Source: Macrostomum hystrix
Taxonomy: Eukaryota; Animalia; Platyhelminthes
Direction of reading: 5' to 3'
NCBI GenBank assembly: GCA_950097015.1
Contig: CATNEN010000024.1
Span: forward strand, 5,890,001 to 5,954,000
Length of the DNA: 64,000 nucleotides
Notes under the pieces: generated by a model
Seen by the model: only the letters and a program-made list of their open reading frames with translations
Told to the model about the DNA's origin: nothing
Databases searched by the model: none
In this document: positions 51,129 through 61,974 of the stretch, in pieces
Numbering within the stretch: the first letter of the stretch is position 1
How the letters are laid out: each line of letters begins with the position of its first letter
Made by a program: the position numbers and the translations under genes

Positions 51129-51814
51129 AAAATAAGAATCGCTGCAGGAATCGTCGCTAAAATCGAAGAAAGAATTGTAGCAGAATCGTAGCAAAAACGA
51201 TTGCTATTACAGCTGTAAGCAACAATTTGTTCGTCTACAAAGCATCTGTTAAAGTTTGAGTAGGCGGATATCAGTGAGTAGCTATGAGAGGATATAATTT
51301 TGCGTCACAGAGATGCCAGAAATCGATCAATCGTAAGTCACCCCTAGCCGCAGTTGGTTTTTTTCAGGCCATCCAATTTGCGGCGACTTACCCACTCCTC
51401 AGTCATTGGGACTGCGGGAGGATCAGCCGCCAGCGATGAAGTGGAATGCCTGGTTGCTCTAGGCCAGTGAAATGTGAGCACACACTCACGCAGTGATATA
51501 TATATATATAAGCCCGGATAATTTGTCATGCAATTTGTTGCACGCCATGCATTATTTTGCATTCGAAGCTTTCCGCTTTCGGAATCCTTCGCAATTAGGC
51601 CAGCCAAGGGCGATGCTGAGGTGCTGACAGAGGACGCCCTGGCTACCCCTGCTCCAAGGGGCACGTTCTTGATTACGTAAGAACAGCCTGGTGACGAAAA
51701 GTGGATACGAAGGCATAAACAGTCCATCAACTTTGCCACTCTGGCTCGCTCGAAAATAATCCATCTGTAGTTTACCCAAGCCCTTCCATTCCTCTGACCT
51801 CCCAGTCTCTCTTT

Positions 51815-53612
51815 CTCCCGCTTTCCTTATCTCCCCCTACTCCCCACTCTCCCTTCTCACCTATCCACCATCTCCCCTTCCCTACTCTCCCTTCTCCCCT
51901 ATCCACCATCTCCCCTTCCCTACTCTCTCTTCTTACCTATCCACCATCTCCCCTACTCCCTATACTCTCCCTTCTCCCCTATCCACCATCTCCCCTACTC
52001 CCTACTCCCCCTTCTCACCTATCCACCATCTCCCCTACTCCCTACTCCCCCTTCTCCCCTATCCACCATCTCCCCTACTCCATACTCCCCGTTCTCCCCT
52101 ATCCACCATCTCCCCTACTCCCCAACTCTCCCTTCTCCCCAACTCTCCCTTCTCCCCTATCCACCATCTCCCCTACTCCCTACTCCCCCTTCTCACCAAT
52201 CGACCATCTCCCCTACTCCCTATACTCTCCCTTCTCCCCTATCCACCATCTCCCCTACTCCCTACTCCCCCTTCTCCCCTATCCACCATCTCCCCTACTC
52301 CCTACTCCCCCTTCTCCCCTATCCACCATCTCCCCTACTCCCTATACTCTCCCTTCTCCCCTATCCACCATCTCCCCTACTCCCTACTCCCCCTTCTCCC
52401 CTATCCACCATCTCCCCTACTCCCTACTCCCCCTTCTCCCCTATCCACCATCTCCCCTTCCCTACTCTCCCTTCTCACCTATCCATCATCTCCCCTACTC
52501 CCTATACTCTCCCTTCTCCCCTATCCACCATCTCCCCTACTCCCTACTCCCCCTTCTCCCCTATCCACCATCTCCCCTACTCTTTACTCCCCCTTCTCCC
52601 CTATCCACCATCTCCCCTACTCCCTACTCCCCCTTCTCCCCTATCCACCATCTCCCCTTCCCTAATCTCCCTTCTCACCTATCCACCATCTCCCCTACTC
52701 CCTATACTCTCCCTTCTCCCCTATCCACCATCTCCCCTTCCCTAATCTCCCTACTCACCTATCCACCATCTCCCCTACTCCCTATACTCTCCCTTCTCCC
52801 CAATCCACCATCTCCCCTTCCCTAATCTCCCTTCTCCCCTATCCACCATCTCCCCTACTCCCTACTCCCCCTTCTCCCCTATCCACCATCTCCCCTTCCC
52901 TACTCTCCCTTCTCACCTATCCACCATCTCCCCTACTCCCTATACTCTCCCTTCTCCCCTATCCACCATCTCCCCTTCCCTAATCTCCCTTCTCACCTAT
53001 CCACCATCTCCCCTACTCCCTATACTCTCCCTTCTCCCCTATCCACCATCTCCCCTACTCCCTACTCCCCCTTCTCACCTATCCACCATCTCCCCTACTC
53101 CCTACTCCCCCTTCTCCCCTATCCACCATCTCCCCTACTCCATACTCCCCGTTCTCCCCTATCCACCATCTCCCCTACTCCCCAACTCTCCCTTCTCCCC
53201 TATCCACCATCTCCCCTACTCCCTACTCCCCCTTCTCACCAATCGACCATCTCCCCTACTCCCTATACTCTCCCTTCTCCCCTATCCACCATCTCTCCCC
53301 TATCCACCATCTCCCCTACTCCCTACTCCCCCTTCTCCCCTATCCACCATCTCCCCTTCCCTACTCTCCCTTCTCACCTATCCACCATCTCCCCTACTCC
53401 CTATACTCTCCCTTCTCCCCTATCCACCATCTCCCCTACTCCCTACTCCCCCTTCTCCCCTATCCACCATCTCCCCTACTCCCTATACTCTCCCTTCTCC
53501 CCTATCCACCATCTCCCCTACTCCCTATACTCTCCCTTCTCCCCTATCCACCATCTCCACTAATCCCTACTCCCCCTTTTCCCCTATCCACCATCTCCCC
53601 TACTCCCTACTC
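51815..53612. repeat. 40/42-bp C-rich minisatellite (CTATCCACCATCTCCCCTACTCCCTACTCCCCCTTCTCCC)
   Basis: About 44 copies with extreme C/G strand skew. Confidence 0.96.
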
Positions 53613-53753
53613 CTTCTAGTTGCATCATCATTGGAGCTGATTACGCCTTAAAAGGGCCGTGAAGCGATAGAGGCCAGGTTAACAGAGGATTTGGAATTAA
53701 AGTATTCATGCATTTTTAACGGTCTTCGGGTGTCACATCGTAAGAGTTCATTG

Positions 53754-53788
53754 AAACACACACACAGACACACACACACACACACACC
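53754..53788. repeat. (CA)n microsatellite
   Basis: acacacacacagacacacacacacacacacac. Confidence 0.9.
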
Positions 53789-54219
53789 TGTCCCACTCCA
53801 CCTCCCATTGTTGTTGAGCAGTTGACGGATGTTTAGTTGCTGCCCTCCTAGATACGCGAGAATATATTAGCTGGATCAGGCTGAGGCCCCAGATTAACGA
53901 TATGGAAGGTGAGAGAAAGTAGCAACTCATATAGCTTAACAATGGCCATTGTTGTGCTTGCGCTGTGAAGAGCGAAAGTGACTGACAGGAGGGAGTTGTG
54001 CTAACAAACATTATTTCTAACGCTAGAATACATTTTAGGAAGAATATAATGATTGATTGGGATGCTTAAACTAAGGCATTTGAGTCCAAAGAGAAGGTGA
54101 GTGAGTTGGGATTTAAAATTATTGGGATCCTGATAAGGTGACTGACGAGAGTTCAAGAGGAAGAGGGCCCTGAGCAGATAAGATGGGCGAGATGGATGAG
54201 TTGCGTGAGATAATTGAGA

Positions 54220-55200
54220 TGGGTGAGACAGGTGAGATTTAGAGATGGGTGAGACTGGTGAGATTTAGAGATGGGTGAGACAGGTGAGATTTAGAGATGG
54301 GTGAGATTTAGAGATGGGTGAGACAGGTGAGATTTAGAGATGGGTGAGACAGGTGAGATTTAGAGATGGGTGAGAATGGTGAGATTTAGAGATGGGTGAG
54401 ATTTAGAGATGGGTGAGACAGGTGAGATTTAGAGATGGGTGAGACAGGTGAGATTTAGAGATGGGTGAGACTGGTGAGATTTAGAGATGGGTGAGACAGG
54501 TGAGATTTAGAGATGGGTGAGAATGGTGAGATTTAGAGATGGGTGAGACTGGTGAGATTTAGAGATGGGTGAGACAGGTGAGATTTAGAGATGGGTGAGA
54601 ATGGTGAGATTTAGAGATGGGTGAGACTGGTGAGATTTAGAGATGGGTGAGATAGGTGAGATTTAGAGATGGGTGAGACAGGTGAGATTTAGAGATGGTT
54701 GAGATAGGTGAGATTTAGAGATGGGTGAGATAGGTGAGATTTAGAGATGGGTGAGAATGGTGAGATTTAGAGATGGGTGAGACAGGTGAGATTTAGAGAT
54801 GGGTGAGAATGGTGAGATTTAGAGATGGGTGAGAATGGTGAGATTTAGAGATGGGTGAGACTGGTGAGATTTAGAGATGGGAGAGACTGGTGAGATTTAG
54901 AGATGGGTGAGACTGGTGAGATTTAGAGATGGGTGAGACTGGTGAGATTTAGAGATGGGTGAGACAGGTGAGATTTAGAGATGGGTGAGATAGGTGAGAT
55001 TTAGAGATGGGTGAGACTGGTGAGATTTAGAGATGGTTGAGATAGGTGAGATTTAGAGATGGGTGAGACAGGTGAGATTTAGAGATGGGTGAGACAGGTG
55101 AGATTTAGAGATGGGTGAGACGGGTGAGATTTAGAGATGGGTGAGAATGGTGAGATTTAGAGATGGGTGAGACAGGTGAGATTTAGAGATGGGTGAGAGG
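54220..55200. repeat. 26-bp minisatellite (GAGATGGGTGAGACAGGTGAGATTTA)
   Basis: About 38 copies. Confidence 0.96.
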
Positions 55201-55595
55201 GTGAGATGCTTGAGAAGGTTGAGATGGGTGAGATGGTGAGATGATTGTGATGGGTCAATTAAGTGAGATTTTTTAGATGAGTGAGACCAATAAGATTGAG
55301 ATTAGTGAGAATGTCGGTTAAAAAATGGAATATAAAATTGGCTCAAGTCGTCAACCTTAAAGGTATATTTTTATGTTTGTTGCAGCTTTTATTTATCAGG
55401 CTTGAAGCAGAAGTATAAGCGCGCGCAAGCATGCCTACTTACAGTAGGCCCTGTGTAATTATCAGGAATAAAATGATTGGCCATTCAATGGCTTTTCAGG
55501 GCCTGAAACTTCTGCTACAGTCCTGGTCTTGGGGACCAGATTTCTCAAGGCTGCTTTTGAAATCAGCTCATCTGTCAGCACTGGTGGCCCCTTTT

Positions 55596-58500
55596 TTAGT
55601 CGGCCTTCTTCAAGCTGAACTCCATCTCGAAGCAGGACATCAGTTCCTTGGTGGAGCTGTTGCTCAGTTCGACTCGGATTTTGTAGTCACCCTGCATTGG
55701 TGTGTGCGGCCAGTTTGTACGCATCATGCACTTTTGGGAATGGTTGGGAAGGGTTTCTTTGAAATGGCTGAGAAGAGATGTATTCGAAATGGTAAAAAGG
55801 GTATTTCTTGAAATGGTTAGGAAGGGATTTCTCGGAAAGAGTTAGGAAGGACATTTCTTAGAAACGGTTGGGCAGGAATTTCTAAGAAAAGGTTAGGAAG
55901 GGATTTCTCGAAATGTTAAAGGGTTAGGAAGGGGATTTCTTGGAATTTTTAGAATTGCATTTCTTAGAAATGGTCGGGAAGAAATTTCTTGAAATGGTTT
56001 GTAAGGGGGATTTCTGGGAATGGCTGGGAAGGGGATTTATAGGATATTTTTGGGTGGTTTTTTCTTGCTATGATTAGAAAGGGATAGAAGAGAAAGTGGA
56101 TGGTACAACCACATGTAGATTTTTATAAATCAGGCGAATGTGATTATCGTCCAACACTCACGCTAGCAATGAGAGCCAGCAGGGGCGGGATGCTGGGCAG
56201 GTCGAGGCCCCGGTCGGCGATCTCCAGCTCGGCCGGCTCAAACGGGCAGGCCTGCAGGCCCACGGAGTCGATACCGGCGATTAGGCGACGAATTTCGGCG
56301 GCGATGCTGGCGGAGATGCCGGCCCAGTCTTCGCGCTCCATGCGGTCCAGCAGGTTGCACAAGTCAGGGTAGGAGCTGGGAGACATTGGGTTGACAGCTT
56401 GGTTGGGATGACATCATTCGATTGAGATTTAGGTCGATTGAGGCTGATCGATTGTGATAAGTTGGTATCAATTTTGATTGGTTGGGATCAATTAGGACTG
56501 GTTGGGATCAATTAGGCTTGGTTGTGATCAATTAGGACTGGTTGGGATCAATTAGGACTGGTTGGGATCAATTAGGATTGGTTGTGATCAATTAGGACTG
56601 GTTGGGATCAATTAGGATTGGTTGGGATCAATTAGGATTGGTTGTGATCAATTAGGATTGGTTGTGATCAATTAGGACTGGTTGGGATCAATTAGGACTG
56701 GTTGGGATCAATTAGGATTGGTTGTGATCAATTAGGACTGGTTGGGATCAATTAGGATTGGTTGTGATCATTTAAGACTGGTTGGGATCAATTAGGATTG
56801 GTTGTGATCAATTAGGACTGGTTGGGATCAATTAGGATTGGTTGTGATCAATTAGGACTGGTTGTGATCAATTAGGACTGGTTGGGATCAATTAGGACTG
56901 GTTGTGATCAATTAGGACTGGTTGTGATCAATTAGGACTGGTTGTGATCAATTAGGACTGGTTAGGATCAATTAGGACTGGTTGGGATCAATTAGGACTG
57001 GTTAGGATCAATTAGGACTGGTTGGGATCAATTAGGACTGGTTGTGATCAATTAGGACTGGTTGTGATCAATTAGGACTGGTTGTGATCAATTAGGACTG
57101 GTTGTGATCAATTAGGACTGGTTAGGATCAATTAGGACTGGTTGGGATCAATTAGGACTGGTTGTGATCAATTAGGACTGGTTGTGATCAATTAGGACTG
57201 GTTGTGATCAATTAGGACTGGTTAGGATCAATTAGGACTGGTTGGGATCAATTAGGACTGGTTAGGATCAATTAGGACTGGTTGGGATCAATTAGGACTG
57301 GTTGGGATCATTTAAGATTGGTTGGGATCATTTAAGATTGGTTGGGATTGATTAGGTTTGGTTTGGGTCAATTGTGATTGGTTGGGATCGATTGTGATTG
57401 GTTGGGATCGATTGTTATTGGTTCGGATCGATTAGGATTTGTTGGGCTCGATTGTGATTGGTTGGGCTCGATTGTGATTGGTAAGGATCGATTGTTATTG
57501 GTTGCTATCGATTGAGATTAGTTGGGATCAATATGAATGGGATCACTCACCAGGAGCCGATGTTGAATAAGCAGGGGATGCGGATGTTGCCCAGCCAGGT
57601 CTTGCGGGCCAGCTCTATCTTCATGTCGATGTTGTTAAATGGTCGCCGAATTTTGCCCGCAAAGCCCAGCACCATGCGGCCGGGCAGGGCGATCACGCCC
57701 GGCTGAAGGCTGACCGACTCCACGTCTATATCATTGTTGCCGCCTGGCAGATTGGAACAAAATGGAAGAAGTTCAGAAGAATCCAGACTGGTTGGGAAAA
57801 ATCAGGACTGGTTTGGAAGAATCAGGACTGGTTTGAAAGAATCAGGACTAGTTGGGAAGAATCAAAACTAGTTGGGAAGAATCAGGACTAGTTGGGAAGA
57901 ATCAGGACTGGTTTGGAAGAATCAGGACTGGTTTGGAAGAATTAGGACTGGTTGGGAAGAATCAGGACTGGTTGGGAAGAATCCAGACTGGTTGGGAAGA
58001 ATCAGGACTAGTTGGGAAGAATCCGGACTGGTTGGGAAGAATCCGGACTGGTTGGGAAGAATCCGGACTGGTTGGGAAGAATCCAGACTGGTTGGGAAGA
58101 ATCAGGACTGGTTGGGAAGAATCCGGACTGGTTGGGAAGAATCAGGACTGGTTTCGAAGAATCAGGACTGGTTGGGAAGAAACCGGACAGGTTTGGAAGA
58201 ATCAGGACTGGTTTGGAAGAATTAGGACTGGTTGGGAAGAATCCGGACTGGTTTGGAAGAATCAGGACTGGTTGGGAAGAATCAGGACTGATTGGGAAGA
58301 ATCAGGACTGGTTTCGAAGAATTAGGACTGGTTGGGAAGAATCAGGACTGGTTTCGAAGAATCAGGACTGGTTGGGAAGAAACCGGACAGGTTGGGAAGA
58401 ATCAGGACTGGTTGGGAAGAATCAGGACTGGTTTGAAAGAATCAGGACTAGTTGGGAAGAATCAAAACTAGTTGGGAAGAATCAGGACTAGTTGGGAAGA

Positions 58501-58881
58501 ATCCGGACTGGTTGGGAAGAATCCGGACTGGTTGGGAAGAATCCGGACTGGTTGGGAAGAATCCGGACTGGTTGGGAAGAATCAGGACTAGTTGGGAAGA
58601 AGTACTGGGAGGAAAGAAACAGGACTGGTTGGGAAGAAACCGGACTGGTTGGGAAGAATTTAGATTTTTTGTGAAGAATCCGGACAGGTTGGGAAGAATG
58701 CGAAAGTTGTGGGGAGAATCATGAAATAACGATTGCTTTTTTGGTAGTGTCTAAAAAGATGACAGGCACACTGAGGGATAAATTTCCCGCTTTCAGACTT
58801 ACCGCATCTGGAGAACTTGAACGCGCTCACACTACTAACAGTCAGTAGCATAAAAGCAAGAACAAAGGAAGAACAATGCAT
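55596..58881 (-). CDS. GM2A: GM2 ganglioside activator-like (ML-domain) lipid-binding protein, 4 exons, 193 aa, with signal peptide
   Basis: Exons 58881-58803, 57743-57551, 56375-56162, 55691-55596 are phase-consistent (1,2,0) and total 582 nt. Signal peptide MHCSSFVLAFMLLTVSSVSA. Motifs: FKFSRC, VSLQPGVIALPG, TWLGNIRIPCLFNIGSCSYPDLC, CPF, GDYKIRVEL...LMSCFEMEFSL. Confidence 0.9.
56465..57530. repeat. 20-bp intronic minisatellite (GGACTGGTTGGGATCAATTA)
   Basis: About 50 copies in GM2A-like intron 2. Confidence 0.96.
57775..58700. repeat. 20-bp intronic minisatellite (GGACTGGTTGGGAAGAATCA)
   Basis: About 45 copies in GM2A-like intron 1. Confidence 0.96.
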
Positions 58882-59274
58882 TGCCGCTGTTTATTGTTTC
58901 AGGAGAGGGAAGTTTATGAAATCTAATCGAATGGCCGCAACTATATTTCAAGCTTGAGGGCTAGTGCATTGAAAGGTGTCAATTTCCCACTAGTCCCACT
59001 GATTAGAATCAGTAAACGAATTGTGTGCGGACTAGGCAAGTTTGTTGAACTGCTGTTATCGATAGGCTTTGTCAGAAATAATACTATATGAACTTTCCGA
59101 GTGCTAATAGTAAATATGGATATTAATATTTTGTAATCAGCGTGTCAAAGCAATAGCTTAGACAAAATTAAATTAAATCTGTTCTCAAATTAAATTTGCT
59201 TAAGAACAGTTCTTTAATGACAGTAATAAACACATTGGTGAAGACATTTAATTAATTTGATTGGTTATGATATT

Positions 59275-59280
59275 TTTATT
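59275..59280 (-). terminator. Candidate poly(A) signal AATAAA of the CTL-Ig gene
   Basis: TTTATT on the plus strand, about 60 nt downstream of the stop at 59341. Confidence 0.5.
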
Positions 59281-59340
59281 TGTTTTTTTAAGTAGTTAAC
59301 GTCACAACGAAAGCAATAACAAAGACACAGTCGATCAGGA

Positions 59341-61287
59341 CTACTTCTCAATGATCACGGTGGTGTAGTAGGTGTCGTGGCTGACCCACTTTTTGAAGAA
59401 GTTGACGGTAACGCGGCAGCCGAAGATGCCGGAGTCTGTCTCCATGGCTTCGGCGATGTGGACGGTGTAGTGGCTGGGGCCGCCGCGCATCACCTCGAAG
59501 CGCTTGTCGGAAGTCTTGGCCAGGAAGTCGTCAAGGGTCTCGGCGCCGCGCATCGGCTCGACGAACACGCCCAGGTCGGCCATCTCAGCGTCGACGCGGC
59601 AGCCGAAGGTGGCCTTCTGGCCGGCCTTGAACGTCAGGATCTCCTTGCGGTTGACGGGCTCCAGCGAGGGCACAACCTGGATGTTGATGGACCGCCACTC
59701 GGACTTCTCCTTGCCGTTCACGCACTGGCAGTAGTACATGCCGGTGTGCTTGTCGCTGGTGGCTCGGCGCAGCAGCAAGGCAGAGCCGCGGGGCAGCACC
59801 TTCAACTCCTCGACAGACAGGTCGGTCTGGTTGTTCAGGTTCCAGTTGACAATCAGCTCATCGTCGGGCTTGGCCTTGCCGGTGCAGGGGCACTCCAGCA
59901 GGAAGTCGTCGCCGGTGCGGATGATGCGGTTGTCCATCGGGTTCATCGACAGCACGGCCGGGTAGCCCTCGACGACGGCCAACGGCTTGGTCTGCTGGCA
60001 CTCTTTGTCACTGCATGGCTCGACAGTGACGCTGATGGACTTCTGCTTCACCACGTGACCCAGGCGGCCATTGTGCATGCGCGCCTCGCAGACGTATTCG
60101 CCTTCATCAACCTTCCTGGCAGAGTCGATGATCAGGTCAAACGTGGCCTTGCTCATCTGGATGGCGCCACGGCTCCTGCGGTTGATGTACTCGATGGGGA
60201 TTCGGTGCTCGTCATTGCCGTCCTTCCTGATGAAGCACTCTGCGGCGGCAGCATCTGGCTCTGCGGTGATGACGTTGTGCACGACGGCGCTGGTGCCTTC
60301 CTTGACTGTCAACTTGTCGCTCTTGTTGGCGAACTCGCTCAGTTTGGTGATGAAGAACTGGGCCTCGCGGCTGATGACGGCGCCGAACTCGTTCTTGGCC
60401 TGGCAGACGATGCTCCTGGTCAGGTCCAGGAACTGCGGGTTGACGATCACCAGCTGGCTGCGCTCTTCGATGCTGTCCGGCGGGCACTGGTGAGCCTTGC
60501 AGTCGTGCTGCAGGTTGAAGAAGGCGGTGGTGGTGATGGATGCCTCCTTCAGCGGCTCGTGCGGGTTGACGATGACCTTGGCGTCAATGAGCTCGGACAG
60601 CAGAGACTGGTTCTCGGCCTTTTTGATGAAGCGCCACTCGATGGTCGGCTTGGGCAGGCCGTAGGCCAGGCAGTTGAAGGTGACGATGAATGGCTTGACC
60701 TCCTTGGCATCGGCTGGCGGGTTGACCATGGAGTCGGCGATGAACAGGTGCTCGGGCTCCATCTGGAACTGTGGTCTCTGGGCGGCCGGGTGCGCCGGAG
60801 CCTCGCAGATGAATTTTCGGGGCACAGCGGTCTCGTTGGCCTCCAGCTGAATCTTGGCCGGGTCTTCGTTCGGAGCGATCACCATCCAGTACTTGGGACT
60901 CGGCAGTTCGTTCTCGGCCTTGCCTGGCTCAGTTTTTTGCTCCTTGCCACGGCCCCTGGTGCGCGGCAGATCCCTGCCCATGAAGGTCGGGTCGAAGAAC
61001 CACAGCGTGGTATTCTGCGTATCGTGCAGGCTGCTCCGGACGATCAGGTCGTTGATGAAGTACACCTTCTCCATGCGGTGGGCAAAGCTGAGCAGTCTGG
61101 ACTTCTCATTCTGGCAGGCCTTGAACGCTTCGTCGAATAGCATTGGCTTGGACTGGAGTTTCAAGCAGGTTGTCTCAAAGTGCGTGCGGAACAGGGTAAA
61201 GTCGGCAGGGCAGGTCAAGAGGGGCACGCCAGTGTCTGCCCTCACCGTAGCTGCAAATGCAGCCAACACTAATAGACAAAGTCGCAT
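59341..61287 (-). CDS. Intronless secreted protein: signal peptide, C-type lectin-like domain and about 4 Ig domains (invertebrate contactin-like N-terminal half)
   Basis: A single 648-aa ORF. Signal peptide MRLCLLVLAAFAATVRA. CTL: CPADFTLF..TCLKL...FDEAFKACQ...FICE. Ig motifs: FNCLAYGLPKPTIEW / CQAKNEFGAVISREA, DEGEYVCEA, LECPCTG..VNW / HTGMYYCQCVN, FGC / DSGIFGCRV. No TM segment, FnIII or GPI signal is visible before the stop. Confidence 0.9.
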   Translation of the reverse strand: MRLCLLVLAAFAATVRADTGVPLLTCPADFTLFRTHFETTCLKLQSKPMLFDEAFKACQNEKSRLLSFAHRMEKVYFINDLIVRSSLHDTQNTTLWFFDPTFMGRDLPRTRGRGKEQKTEPGKAENELPSPKYWMVIAPNEDPAKIQLEANETAVPRKFICEAPAHPAAQRPQFQMEPEHLFIADSMVNPPADAKEVKPFIVTFNCLAYGLPKPTIEWRFIKKAENQSLLSELIDAKVIVNPHEPLKEASITTTAFFNLQHDCKAHQCPPDSIEERSQLVIVNPQFLDLTRSIVCQAKNEFGAVISREAQFFITKLSEFANKSDKLTVKEGTSAVVHNVITAEPDAAAAECFIRKDGNDEHRIPIEYINRRSRGAIQMSKATFDLIIDSARKVDEGEYVCEARMHNGRLGHVVKQKSISVTVEPCSDKECQQTKPLAVVEGYPAVLSMNPMDNRIIRTGDDFLLECPCTGKAKPDDELIVNWNLNNQTDLSVEELKVLPRGSALLLRRATSDKHTGMYYCQCVNGKEKSEWRSINIQVVPSLEPVNRKEILTFKAGQKATFGCRVDAEMADLGVFVEPMRGAETLDDFLAKTSDKRFEVMRGGPSHYTVHIAEAMETDSGIFGCRVTVNFFKKWVSHDTYYTTVIIEK

Positions 61288-61383
61288 CTTTGCGCTTCGC
61301 TGTGAATTTGCAATGAGCGGAGGTGATGAGAATAAATCTTATCTAATAAATCTAACTTGAGCTGGTCGCACAAAGGCCGGTGC

Positions 61384-61705
61384 TATTTATAGTCAGCCGA
61401 AGGGTGGCTACAGGGTAATTCCCTAAGCCAAACCTTGCACAAAACTGAATAAACCATCAACCCCCTATCCTTCCTGACCCGATCATCTTGTGGGGTTTGG
61501 GGTGGTCGTCCCGGGTGGGGGGGTTAGAGTTTCGCGCAAACAACTTTTAGCATGACGAAGCCAATCAGATTTGCCAGCCAATCAGAGACCTAGTGGAGGC
61601 AGGACCAATTCAGAGGCAGAGGCACCCGACAGGCTTAAGACCCACTTCACCCACTTCACAGATTAGCACCCCCACCCGATTTGTCACCTCTGCAAGCCAG
61701 CCAAT
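61384..61705 (-). promoter_or_regulatory. Candidate core promoter of the CTL-Ig gene: TATA box plus a CCAAT cluster
   Basis: TATAAATA on the minus strand at 61391-61384, about 100 nt upstream of the ATG. CCAAT occurs at 61561, 61578, 61605 and 61701 on the plus strand. Confidence 0.55.
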
Positions 61706-61974
61706 TAAGTTACTCCGCTAGCCGAGAACGCACTTGCACAAAAACATGTTTTTATTTTTTTTCTACTAACAAACTTGACTTCAAAATACGTATTGTAATG
61801 CTTGAAAACTGGTAAGAATTAACTGGTAAACAATTGCATTGTGCTTGTTTAATTTCTGAAGACAGGCGATTTCACCCCTTGAAATTGATTGCGATGAAAA
61901 CTTACGTTGTATTACGGTGTAACTTAATCAGTTAATTAGGAAAAAGAATGATACAAAATACTCATTTTTTAGGT

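Noticed and set aside
48655-51129. 824-aa ORF of LESKQDLEFTIGVK repeats as a real protein
   Set aside because: It is the translation of a 42-bp minisatellite whose unit happens to lack a stop. It starts at TTG, unit variants are mostly non-synonymous (T>R, I>N, G>D, V>A, K>M, D>H), and there are no unique flanking domains. Ribo-seq or proteomics would be needed to revive it.
2941-58724. Other repeat-derived ORFs (VSGVK, DLRSRSPIPISDP, PISRPSNLS, PDPM, GIRERGA, GRIRTGWEES and similar)
   Set aside because: Each coincides exactly with a minisatellite, several are open in multiple frames, and most are intronic.
59377-61140. 587-aa plus-strand ORF opposite the CTL-Ig gene
   Set aside because: Shadow ORF expected from the very high GC3 of the minus-strand gene; no recognisable motifs.
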